Positions 55,806-64,000 of a DNA stretch of 64,000 nt are shown piece by piece. A program made the translations under genes and the position numbers. The notes beneath the pieces are model-generated. The model worked only from the letters and a program-made list of their open reading frames with translations, was not told the origin of the DNA and ran no database searches. The stretch's first letter is position 1. Every line of letters starts with the position of its first letter. The DNA comes from a virus: the IMG/VR virus record IMGVR_UViG_3300019472_000035, positions 4,696 through 68,695 of that record. One strand, written 5' to 3'.

Positions 55806-56204
55806 ATGTATATCACCGACAAAAACACCTACTGTTGGACTACCGATGATTCTTGTGGTGAACCGCAAAAGACCATTGCAGATGCCATTCAAGATTTCTA
55901 TGCAGACGATTGGGAAAATCTTGATTGTCCAACGGTTGACATCGGACATCCATCGTATTATATCCCAGATATGTTTAACGCAGAGCAACTAATGTGGGAT
56001 ATGAACGACAAAATCGAAGAAGATTATGACATCGCATTAAACGATGAATTAACCGTTGAACAAGACATGGAATTGGAAGAACGGTTACAACAGACGTTGT
56101 ATCAATTCTTAAAAGAACATAATCTTGACAAGCGTATATGGACTGTGTTTGAATCAACGGAATACAGACCAGAAGATTTTGGTATTAACCTACAGGATTT
56201 CTAA
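55806..56204 (+). CDS. highly acidic protein (DNA-mimic candidate)
   Basis: About 40 Asp/Glu versus about 8 Lys/Arg in 132 aa. Confidence 0.3.
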   Translation: MYITDKNTYCWTTDDSCGEPQKTIADAIQDFYADDWENLDCPTVDIGHPSYYIPDMFNAEQLMWDMNDKIEEDYDIALNDELTVEQDMELEERLQQTLYQFLKEHNLDKRIWTVFESTEYRPEDFGINLQDF

Positions 56205-56218
56205 CCAACGGAGGGAAC

Positions 56219-56527
56219 ATGGAAGTTTATATTTTTCAAAAGAACAAACGATGTCCGTATCTGCACTACAGTTTTCTAGTAATAGAAATAGAACAGTATG
56301 CCAATGAGAACTTGGACTGGACTAAAGCGGAACACCAAGTTGATATTCCGTTTTTATACAAATGGTTATCTGATGCACACCAACGGAAAGAATCTTATCT
56401 AAAAGATTGTAATGAAACACAAGGTCTTATTTATCGAATATCATTAGATACGTTGCAAGATATTATTGATATTGTAGAACCTATGAGTGGAGAAAGTCAT
56501 TTTCAGGTTTATTTAACACGATTTTAA
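56219..56527 (+). CDS. hypothetical protein
   Basis: 102 aa ORF. Confidence 0.3.
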   Translation: MEVYIFQKNKRCPYLHYSFLVIEIEQYANENLDWTKAEHQVDIPFLYKWLSDAHQRKESYLKDCNETQGLIYRISLDTLQDIIDIVEPMSGESHFQVYLTRF

Positions 56528-56542
56528 CCCCTAGGAGGACAC

Positions 56543-57304
56543 ATGGAATACTTAAATATTATCGAAGAAAATTTTACAAAAGCCGACTATGTTGCATACC
56601 TAAGAGGTAGCATACTGATGTGGTTATTGGAAGACAAACCTTTTGATACAACACAGTTCAAGTTATATGCAGATAAACTTGTGGAAGTTTTAAGCGAGCA
56701 ACCAGCAGATGAAAAACCTGTTAAAATAGATGTTTTCCGCCCAATTGTTAAATCTATTGAAGAAACACATGCCGAACCAACTGTTGACACAGATGAACCA
56801 AAGGTGCAACCAAAACACAAGTTCAAACTTGGTGACCATGTTGTGGTCGGTAAAGGCACAGAAGATGAACGCACAGGTGTAATTGTTAGATTACCGATGG
56901 ATGGCGTAGATTGTCGCACAAGCTATGTTGTTGATTTAGACGACAAAAACTTGGGATGGGAAGCCTCGGTTGCAGTCGATGGTGTCGATTGTAAAAACGC
57001 ATGGGTTGCTGGTGCGAATAAAATGGAGTTGTTGCCAAAGCAACCAAAAACCCTAAAGAAAGACACATGGTATCATACCAAAGATTTCACACTAGAAGAA
57101 TTGAAAGAACTGTTGCCAAAGGGAACAACCATCCTAGTTGAAAAACCAGTATTATACGATGGTATTGAAACAACGCCACCAACAGAAACACGAACAACTA
57201 CGGTTGAAAATATTACAACTTCTTTTTTGACTGAAGAACCGTTGATTGAAACTACAAGTGGAACATTTTTAAAAGAATGGTTTATGCTGCAAGGGGAGGA
57301 ATAA
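56543..57304 (+). CDS. hypothetical protein
   Basis: 253 aa ORF with CCTAGGAGG RBS. Confidence 0.3.
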   Translation: MEYLNIIEENFTKADYVAYLRGSILMWLLEDKPFDTTQFKLYADKLVEVLSEQPADEKPVKIDVFRPIVKSIEETHAEPTVDTDEPKVQPKHKFKLGDHVVVGKGTEDERTGVIVRLPMDGVDCRTSYVVDLDDKNLGWEASVAVDGVDCKNAWVAGANKMELLPKQPKTLKKDTWYHTKDFTLEELKELLPKGTTILVEKPVLYDGIETTPPTETRTTTVENITTSFLTEEPLIETTSGTFLKEWFMLQGEE

Positions 57305-57305
57305 T

Positions 57306-57605
57306 ATGACACATACGGAAGCACAACTTTTAGATAAATTACTAAGGGAAGATGGTAATACGGAATTATTACCAGAATTAATCTGGGACACACCAGAGTT
57401 CTTAAATCAGATTGATGAAAAGCTAAGAGATGTAGACGAGTACTATCATACCAAAGATTACATCTATGAATGTGACGATGGTCGATACTTTTGTCTAACA
57501 GTCACACAACACAGTTCTATGGGTGACTTTGGAAGTGCATACTTCTATGAGGTATTCCCAAAAGAAGTTACTACTACTGTTTATTTGTCAGAGAAAGACC
57601 AATGA
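57306..57605 (+). CDS. hypothetical protein
   Basis: 99 aa ORF. Confidence 0.3.
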   Translation: MTHTEAQLLDKLLREDGNTELLPELIWDTPEFLNQIDEKLRDVDEYYHTKDYIYECDDGRYFCLTVTQHSSMGDFGSAYFYEVFPKEVTTTVYLSEKDQ

Positions 57606-57751
57606 ATGATAGACACAGACAACGCAGAAAGATTCTAAAAAGAAACTATGATTTGTTGATTTTGCATCTAGTGGCTTTACTGGATGAAGAAACCAAGCAA
57701 CAAATTCGCCAAGGTGTAAGACATTTAGCAAGAGAAAGTGAGGACTTATAA
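57602..57751 (+). CDS. small basic hypothetical protein
   Basis: 49 aa ORF with an ATGA overlap to the upstream gene. Not in the track because it is shorter than 60 aa. Confidence 0.25.
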   Translation: MNDRHRQRRKILKRNYDLLILHLVALLDEETKQQIRQGVRHLARESEDL

Positions 57752-58173
57752 TGGACATCGAAATTAATAACCAAGGTGCAGCCGTTGTAGAACCCAAAAA
57801 TAAGAAACCAAAAATGCCATTACGGTATCAACTAGAGATGGAATTATTAGCGAACCAAAACTCACGTTTGCTGGAGCAACGGAATAAATTATTGGATATG
57901 GTCGAACGGTTACAATCTACGGAACATAAACCAGCAGATGTCAAAATCGAAATGATGCAAACACCAGCTGGATATGTCAAAGTCGGTGATGTGATTGGGT
58001 ACGACCGCAGTAATAAACGTATCCGATTTGGTACTGTTAGTAAGCTAAATAAAGCTGGAGTGATTTGGCTGACACATTCGTATTGCGTTGTGTTTGGTGA
58101 CGATGGCAAACAGGCGATTTACCAATCGATGGATGGTGCTATTGAGCGGTATCGTGTATGCAAGGTGTTATAA
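57751..58173 (+). CDS. hypothetical protein
   Basis: 140 aa ORF. Confidence 0.3.
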   Translation: MDIEINNQGAAVVEPKNKKPKMPLRYQLEMELLANQNSRLLEQRNKLLDMVERLQSTEHKPADVKIEMMQTPAGYVKVGDVIGYDRSNKRIRFGTVSKLNKAGVIWLTHSYCVVFGDDGKQAIYQSMDGAIERYRVCKVL

Positions 58174-58267
58174 TCCAATAATGCACAACCCAATTCCAAA
58201 AAATTAAAAACCAAAAAATAAAAAACAAGATTTCAAAAAATAAAACGCAGAATTTTCATAATTCGTG

Positions 58268-58297
58268 TTGACGTTTACAATCTTGATATGGTATAAT
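58268..58297 (+). promoter_or_regulatory. sigma70 promoter (TTGACG, 18-nt spacer, TGGTATAAT) preceded by phased A-tracts
   Basis: Same TATGGTATAATGT -10 context as P1. Phased A5-6 tracts at 58185-58255. Confidence 0.5.
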
Positions 58298-58303
58298 GTG
58301 GTT

Positions 58304-58484
58304 GTCGGTGGTTAGTCACCTCTATAATATGTCTAATTTATACACTACAAAACAAAAACCACCTTCATTAACTCGTTGTGTAGTCAATCGAAACCACCGA
58401 CAAACATTTGATATAAACCACGGTATATCACGGTAACACCACCGTTTGGTGTGACCATTGTCCACGATACCGTGGTCTTTTTTT
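58304..58484 (+). ncRNA. candidate ~180-nt small RNA (promoter-to-terminator unit with no credible ORF)
   Basis: Runs from the 58268 promoter to the 58418-58484 terminator. Only a weak 35-codon ATG ORF without an RBS is present. Confidence 0.3.
58418..58484 (+). terminator. structured hairpin plus T9 terminator
   Basis: CCACGGTAT ... ATACCGTGG enclosing internal ACACC/GGTGT pairing. Followed by TCTTTTTTT. Confidence 0.55.
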
Positions 58485-58965
58485 ATGTCTATACATATGA
58501 ATGATTGTCCATGTGTTCATCCATGTGTTGCACGTGGTCAATCTACGGTGCGTACCATCATCACATACATACGCACATATCAAACAATATCTAATGTTTG
58601 CACATATTACATATATTCCACATAATAAATACGTTGACCGCATCGCACGCTGCATCCATTATTAATACCATTGATAATACCATGTGTGACAACCATAATT
58701 AATGCCGTTCGTATGACCATGTGATACAACCCATGTATCAACCACATGATATTCTATGATGATAATACCAATAAAATCCATTCTATGGCTCTCTGTGGTG
58801 CGTTTACACGAAGTGACGTATGTTTATATACCCCACCTATTTTAAACGCCATATAACGCAAATAAACGAATTTTCGTATATCTCCACGGAATTTTTAACC
58901 CTATATATACATATGCTACCCCATATATAATAAACAATGATTATCACCACGGATTTTTTATTTAT

Positions 58966-59029
58966 AGATACATATATATATACATATGTCCACCTATTTT
59001 TTAATACATATGTATATATATATGTATCT
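58966..59029. repeat. perfect 23-bp AT-rich inverted repeat with 18-bp spacer
   Basis: AGATACATATATATATACATATG (58966-58988) and its exact reverse complement (59007-59029). Confidence 0.7.
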
Positions 59030-59427
59030 ATTTGTTTTTTCATCGGTACTTCTAGTTGACCGCCCAAGTCGTTCTCAATGCGTTCTCAATCAGTAGTCAC
59101 ACGCTGCACACACGACCATTCCATGGATTACTTTTTGTAATACACTCATGCGTTTTAATCAATCGAAGAAATTCAATATATTTATATCGAATGTTTTCTA
59201 TATGGTTGCATACAATAGGAATATACAAAATCGTTCTATGGTGTAGACAATTGAACACAACTATAATTATAACAATTGTATTGTATACAATATAATAACG
59301 TACGTTTATGTTATATGTGATTGTCTATAGACATAAACAATTGTATGCAATCATAGAGAACATTTGTTTTATATAATAATGTAATATCATGTATGCATTT
59401 TTGGTATAGAATTTTTGAAATTTCTTA

Positions 59428-59455
59428 TTGCATTATTTTGTGTTTATGGTATAAT
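59428..59455 (+). promoter_or_regulatory. sigma70 promoter (TTGCAT, 16-nt spacer, TGGTATAAT)
   Basis: Followed by a 22-bp near-palindrome AGATAAATATTAATTATTATCT (operator-like) and the RBS of the 59525 ORF. Confidence 0.45.
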
Positions 59456-59524
59456 AATTATAGTAGATAAATATTAATTATTATCTATCGGTCTTTAATA
59501 ATTTCATATGAAAGGGGTGTTTAT

Positions 59525-59791
59525 ATGGAATACACATATGAACAAATTCAAGACTATTTTTATAATAATAATCTTGAACGGTCAGATACTATCTTTAATG
59601 ACATGGATAGTATAGCTTATGTCTTATGTGAGGTGCTAACCTCTAGCGAAAAAGCAAGGGCAAAAAAGGCGGTAAAGAATGGAGGATTTTTTACATTCGG
59701 TTATAATGGTTTATATTGTTGTAACAGTCTTAAAAAATCAACTGTACACAGATTTTTTAAAGTAAATTATGGTCTTGATATTAAGCTATAG
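59525..59791 (+). CDS. hypothetical protein (low-GC cassette)
   Basis: 88 aa ORF with AAAGGGGTG RBS. Confidence 0.3.
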   Translation: MEYTYEQIQDYFYNNNLERSDTIFNDMDSIAYVLCEVLTSSEKARAKKAVKNGGFFTFGYNGLYCCNSLKKSTVHRFFKVNYGLDIKL

Positions 59792-59798
59792 GTACGAC

Positions 59799-59978
59799 AT
59801 GACAAAAGGGCAACAATTAACAGAAAACTTATTATATCTAATTAACACATGGTATGATGAAAATGAGTTGACGGACTTCGACTATAAGAATTATACCATC
59901 ATAGCAGAGGGCGGAACACTAAAGCAAAAAAAAGGTCTTTGGTACGATTTAACAGGCTCGCCGTTTGAGTTTGAATAA
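59799..59978 (+). CDS. hypothetical protein (low-GC cassette)
   Basis: In-frame ATG at 59799 of track ORF 59769-59978. Confidence 0.25.
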   Translation: MTKGQQLTENLLYLINTWYDENELTDFDYKNYTIIAEGGTLKQKKGLWYDLTGSPFEFE

Positions 59979-59990
59979 TACACCACATAG

Positions 59991-60023
59991 GGCGGTATAC
60001 ATTAAGTATACCGCCTTTAGTTT
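59991..60023 (+). terminator. GGCGGTATAC hairpin terminator (copy 1)
   Basis: GGCGGTATAC-ATTAA-GTATACCGCC followed by TTTAGTTT. Confidence 0.55.
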
Positions 60024-60377
60024 ACCCCTGTATTATCAATTAGATTGCACAAATGAGAATACGCAGCATAAATGAGAATAACTATCAATAAAAAACTGCG
60101 TAAAATCGTTCGTATGAACGTTTTAAGGTACTCCGCTTATGATTATACCTAGGGAACACAAACGAGCATACAACGCAAATAAACGAATTTTAAGACATAC
60201 GGCAAAAACGCAAATTTCACGCAAGCCGTAAACCATAGACAAAATACATAAGAATGTACGCATTCAATAGACATCACTATATACCGCTGGTTAAATGAGA
60301 AATATTATCAATACGACAAACCCAGCGGAACACCACAATTTAATTGTATGCAACCGATGTTATATATCTCATGTGAA

Positions 60378-60486
60378 CATATGTACATACATTCATGTAT
60401 GCAACATATGAATATATGCTCATATGTATAAATGTAACACATATGATTAAAACGCATGATTGAACATATGAACAGTTATTCATATG
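60378..60486. repeat. CATATG-centred short repeat array (6 copies)
   Basis: CATATG at 60378, 60405, 60421, 60440, 60465 and 60481, with AACATATGaa-type flanks. Confidence 0.55.
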
Positions 60487-61033
60487 TTAAACACAACAAA
60501 TAAATATATGAAATTAAATTGCATAAAACATAATTGTATAACCACCGCCAGCATAGATGATATTTTTAGTTGTATACAATTGTTTATACATATGCATTAA
60601 TTGTGTGTAACCATATCGAAAAACATCAGTATCAATCAATAATGATAACATTTGTCAATAACACATTGAAAACATTCGATATACATTGGTGTACACCATG
60701 AAAACACAAAAAACCAGCTTATGTGCATATACAAAAGACATTACCGCCATTCTCATTTAGCGAATACCCCTAAAATTGATTTATTTAGCCTGTACGGCGT
60801 TTTTTGTCTTTTGCATACAATCATAAGCGAAAAACTGTAGGGGCACCATACAGGGCAAATAAATAAACTTTTATTTGAGAATGTTTATCATTTATGTATT
60901 AAATTTATTCGATGTATAGTAAAAACACTTGACAAAAGATTATATCTATGATATTTATATATATTCATTAATTAGGGTTAAGCACTATGAAAAATCAATA
61001 GAAAAATATTTTTGTAAATTCTTAAAAAAGTAC

Positions 61034-61061
61034 TTGCATTATATCGTGAGTATGCTATAAT
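61034..61061 (+). promoter_or_regulatory. sigma70 promoter (TTGCAT, 16-nt spacer, TGcTATAAT)
   Basis: AAAAAGTACTTGCAT context similar to P1 and P2. Confidence 0.45.
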
Positions 61062-61186
61062 AAAGATGTCAAAAGGCGGTAAGCCTTTTAGGGGTCTTTG
61101 ATAATTTTATACAGATATAACCGCCGTTAAGATGTGGCGGACTATGGAACAGATAGACATAATTATTTATGAAAGGAATATAAAGA

Positions 61187-61456
61187 ATGAAAGTGTATAA
61201 TTTTAATAGCGTTTGTCAATGGTTATATGATTATCAAGATTTTATTGATTATGTTAAAGTAACAAATATTAATAAAATTGGTTTTAATACCTTAGAGGGT
61301 AGTCGCTACATTGTAAATGTAAAGATTATCACTAAACAGGGTTATAAAAATAAGTTACTACAAACTTATATAAATAGTACTTATTTAGATGATTTTCTAA
61401 CAGAAATTACAAACGACTGTTTAAATGAATGCTTAAACAGTTATATCATGAGGTAA
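61187..61456 (+). CDS. hypothetical protein (low-GC cassette)
   Basis: 89 aa ORF. Confidence 0.3.
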   Translation: MKVYNFNSVCQWLYDYQDFIDYVKVTNINKIGFNTLEGSRYIVNVKIITKQGYKNKLLQTYINSTYLDDFLTEITNDCLNECLNSYIMR

Positions 61457-61461
61457 AATAT

Positions 61462-61569
61462 ATGGAATATATAAACATTATTCAAACTGTAGGTGGATTT
61501 ATTTTTGCCATGTGTTTTTGGTACATGTGTTATAAAGTCGAAAAAGTCGTAAATGGTTTAAAGAATTAA
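61462..61569 (+). CDS. small hydrophobic protein
   Basis: 35 aa ORF with a TM segment VGGFIFAMCFWYMCY. Not in the track. Confidence 0.2.
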   Translation: MEYINIIQTVGGFIFAMCFWYMCYKVEKVVNGLKN

Positions 61570-61587
61570 ACGAAAGGAACAAAAAAC

Positions 61588-61950
61588 ATGAAAATTGAAA
61601 ACATGACAAGTACACGAGGGAATAAAGATGTAAAGAAAAATATTCTTGATAGTATTGAAGAATATCACGAAAACGCAGGTATTATATATGATATTTTTGA
61701 AAAACTATATCAAGATAATAAAATACAAGATTATACAATTTTAGATGTATTAGAATACAAAGCAAAAGAAAATAATATATATGAGCCATTGCCAACATGG
61801 TTTTATGATATTCTTCAAGTAGACTATGATGCATTTTATAATTATATTTTAAGCCTTGAAATTGTAAACCTAGGCGAAGATTTTATAATGATGAGTTATG
61901 ATGAATACTATTGTATTCGTGATATAGTCAACTTAGTAGAGGGACTATAA
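61588..61950 (+). CDS. hypothetical protein (low-GC cassette)
   Basis: 120 aa ORF with AAAGGAAC RBS. Confidence 0.3.
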   Translation: MKIENMTSTRGNKDVKKNILDSIEEYHENAGIIYDIFEKLYQDNKIQDYTILDVLEYKAKENNIYEPLPTWFYDILQVDYDAFYNYILSLEIVNLGEDFIMMSYDEYYCIRDIVNLVEGL

Positions 61951-62183
61951 TGAAAACTAAAGATAATATACATAAGGTAATAAACCTAAATAACTTTATA
62001 TGTGATATGTCAAAAGATTATGAAATACTGACATATGCAGAACCCTATATGTTTTATAGCTTTGTACAATACAATAAAATACATACATTATTATATCATG
62101 ATTATGATATACATATGTTTGTACAAGGCAATAACTATTGTTATATTACTGTAAAGGGAACACATAAGGAATACAATAATTGA
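61950..62183 (+). CDS. hypothetical protein (low-GC cassette)
   Basis: 77 aa ORF. Confidence 0.3.
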   Translation: MKTKDNIHKVINLNNFICDMSKDYEILTYAEPYMFYSFVQYNKIHTLLYHDYDIHMFVQGNNYCYITVKGTHKEYNN

Positions 62184-62263
62184 AATGACTTTATAAAGTC
62201 CCTTAATAGGTATCTTGATTTATTATATTATCTTGATGAGTTATATTTATAGGAGGGTATACT

Positions 62264-62341
62264 TTGGCAATTATATTATTGGCGTTAGTCGTTTGTTTTA
62301 TTAAGCGACAACAAAACGAACAAAATAACCTATTGAAATAA
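62264..62341 (+). CDS. 25-aa hydrophobic peptide (toxin-like small membrane peptide candidate)
   Basis: TTG start 6 nt after AGGAGGG. Sequence LAIILLALVVCFIKRQQNEQNNLLK. Confidence 0.25.
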   Translation: MAIILLALVVCFIKRQQNEQNNLLK

Positions 62342-62370
62342 TATGAACGAAGTGAAAGGAACATAAGAAA

Positions 62371-62550
62371 ATGACTAGACAAGAACAATTACAAGACATT
62401 AAGGAAATTATTAAAATGGAACTAGACTATAGAGTTTGTCAAAATACGTTATCTGCAAAAAGTGATTTATATGATATGCTAGAGGGGAACAACTTGCAAG
62501 CCTTAAAAGGCTTATATAGAATGTTGTTCGGTTATGGTTATGACTGCTAA
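62371..62550 (+). CDS. small hypothetical protein
   Basis: 59 aa ORF. Not in the track. Confidence 0.25.
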   Translation: MTRQEQLQDIKEIIKMELDYRVCQNTLSAKSDLYDMLEGNNLQALKGLYRMLFGYGYDC

Positions 62551-62567
62551 TATAGGAGGTTAAACTT

Positions 62568-63026
62568 ATGGAATTTGTAGAATTATTAGAATTGAAAAAC
62601 GACTATAAAAAGTATAATACAGATAATTATAACACCCTTAGGGAATTTATAGAAATATTTGAGGAATGGAACACGGAACAAAGAAATACGTTTTATAAAT
62701 TACTTGATATTGTGGATATTGACTTTACAAGGGCAATAAACATTATTGAAAACTTTGATTACATCATATATGAAAACCTAGAGGAATATATTTATAACTC
62801 TTTAGCGGAACAGGGGCAAAATGTTCCTGATTGGGTATGTATAAGTGCATATGATACATATTTTTATAGCCTTAGATATGAAGATAATTTATACTTTTTA
62901 GAGGATACGCCACAATTCGCCAAAGATGGCGAAGAATACGGCAACAGTGCAAGCCGTCAAAAGTGGCTTGACGGCATCCACTACCTAGTAGATAATAGCG
63001 AAGTAATTTTGTTAACTGATTGGTAA
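62568..63026 (+). CDS. acidic hypothetical protein (low-GC cassette)
   Basis: 152 aa ORF with AGGAGG RBS. Confidence 0.3.
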   Translation: MEFVELLELKNDYKKYNTDNYNTLREFIEIFEEWNTEQRNTFYKLLDIVDIDFTRAINIIENFDYIIYENLEEYIYNSLAEQGQNVPDWVCISAYDTYFYSLRYEDNLYFLEDTPQFAKDGEEYGNSASRQKWLDGIHYLVDNSEVILLTDW

Positions 63027-63036
63027 AAAATACATT

Positions 63037-63068
63037 GGCGGTATACATCAGTATACCGCCTTTTGTTT
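63037..63068 (+). terminator. GGCGGTATAC hairpin terminator (copy 2)
   Basis: GGCGGTATAC-ATCA-GTATACCGCC followed by TTTTGTTT. Confidence 0.55.
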
Positions 63069-64000
63069 ACTAATACGTTATCATTTAGGTTTACATATTG
63101 AGAATTGCTGCTTGTAGCTGGGTAGATGAGAATAATTCTCAAATAAAAATCGCTTAAAATAGCCTATGAGGTACGTCTAAAAACTTTCATTTATGATTAT
63201 ATGCAAGGAATATAAAACGCCATAGAACGCAAATAAATCAATTCTATAAGTATTGTTACATCTTGCGTTACTATTAAAGAGGGTTTATCCACTATGTAAC
63301 ATAAACGGCGGTTATCATACCGCCGTTATTTTGTACCCAATATATGAACGTATGAACAACTATTGATATTGTATATGGTGCGTGTGGCGGTTTTCACGTG
63401 TGTTTATACGTTGGCAATAAACGAACGCATACAAACGATATAAAGCCGTTAGAATAACAATCGTTTTATACAATCAATATATACAATCGTTATATATCCA
63501 TTGTTTGAAAACATATAAAACCATAATGTACACATCAGAAATACACAAGATTTAAACCACTATAAATGATAATTGTTATCATCAATGGTATGTTCATTGT
63601 GTGTGTACTGATGTATGCTATTTGTATACTATTGATGTATGTTGTTGTGTTAATTGCTTGCGTATTGTCTTTTGTTGGTGCTTTGTGTTGTTGCGTTGGT
63701 ATGGTGTGATAGTATGGAATTTTACAGTATATATAAACACACGTGGGGCAACTTCCGCCCAACGTGGGACGCTTTAAGTCCCAACAAAAGACAATACGCA
63801 AGCCAATTACAAAAACTAATAGTAAACATGATTTAAACGCATAACAGCCTGTATTGAAAACTTTCGATATACCCCCTCATAGCCAATATATCGACAAACA
63901 TAAATATAAACACATGAGCATACATTCATATAATAAACCACGATACAAACAATTGTAAATGATAATGGTTGAGAATGAATGTTACCCTTTGGGTATTCTA

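Noticed and set aside
58800-63400. Possible CRISPR array suggested by recurring repeats and hairpins
   Set aside because: Repeat copies are 1.3 and 3 kb apart, not 25-50 bp. They are of unequal length and are separated by promoters and ORFs. No cas genes are present. This is not a CRISPR architecture.

Overview
This window is almost entirely a tailed-phage (siphovirus-like) genome or prophage segment. It is read nearly unidirectionally on the + strand, with a single large gene on the - strand. The structural and late module runs from 1 to about 23.3 kb. It contains the terminase large subunit C-terminus (partial), portal, protease/scaffold, major capsid, head-tail and tail genes, and a tail assembly chaperone pair with a textbook A_AAA_AAG -1 frameshift site. 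Next come a 1650-aa tape measure protein with an embedded Cys/His peptidase-like domain, an NlpC/P60 peptidase, GTA/lambda-like distal tail proteins, a 1667-aa host-specificity protein and a collagen-like fibre. A lysis cassette follows (holin, amidase_2 endolysin, spanin-like ORFs that overlap in two frames). From 23.4 to 37.2 kb is a replication and DNA-modification module. It holds a PHP-domain Pol III alpha-like polymerase on the - strand, an SSB with an acidic DIPF tail and an iteron-rich intergenic region. It also holds a DnaG-like primase, a divergent C5-methyltransferase-like protein, a Cys-rich candidate Fe-S protein, a canonical Dcm-type C5 methyltransferase and a DnaB-like helicase. 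The interval 37.2-39.0 kb is a 1.7 kb ORF-free RNA locus under one promoter and one strong terminator. It contains three canonical tRNAs (Ser-GCT, Thr-TGT, Ser-TGA) interleaved with several tRNA-like elements. Two of these lack the anticodon arm and one has an expanded anticodon loop. The interval 39-58.2 kb is an early or accessory region. It encodes a Cas4/RecB-like nuclease, a dNMP kinase, RusA, a 3D-domain protein, dUTPase, a sigma-region-4-like protein, a metallophosphatase, ThyX, a DUF2829 (Tad2-like) protein and a secreted YadA-like trimeric-autotransporter-like protein. There are also several very acidic small proteins and many unknown small ORFs. This region is driven by a family of strong TTGACA-N16-18-TGGTATAAT promoters. 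The interval 58.2-64 kb is visibly AT-richer, repeat-dense and mostly non-coding. It contains a promoter-to-terminator small-RNA candidate, a perfect 23-bp inverted repeat, a CATATG repeat array, and low-GC small-ORF cassettes. Each cassette is bounded by a conserved ~30-bp repeat and a GGCGGTATAC hairpin terminator. All functional calls are from motif reading by eye, with no database search. Coordinates that I derived by hand may be off by a few nucleotides.
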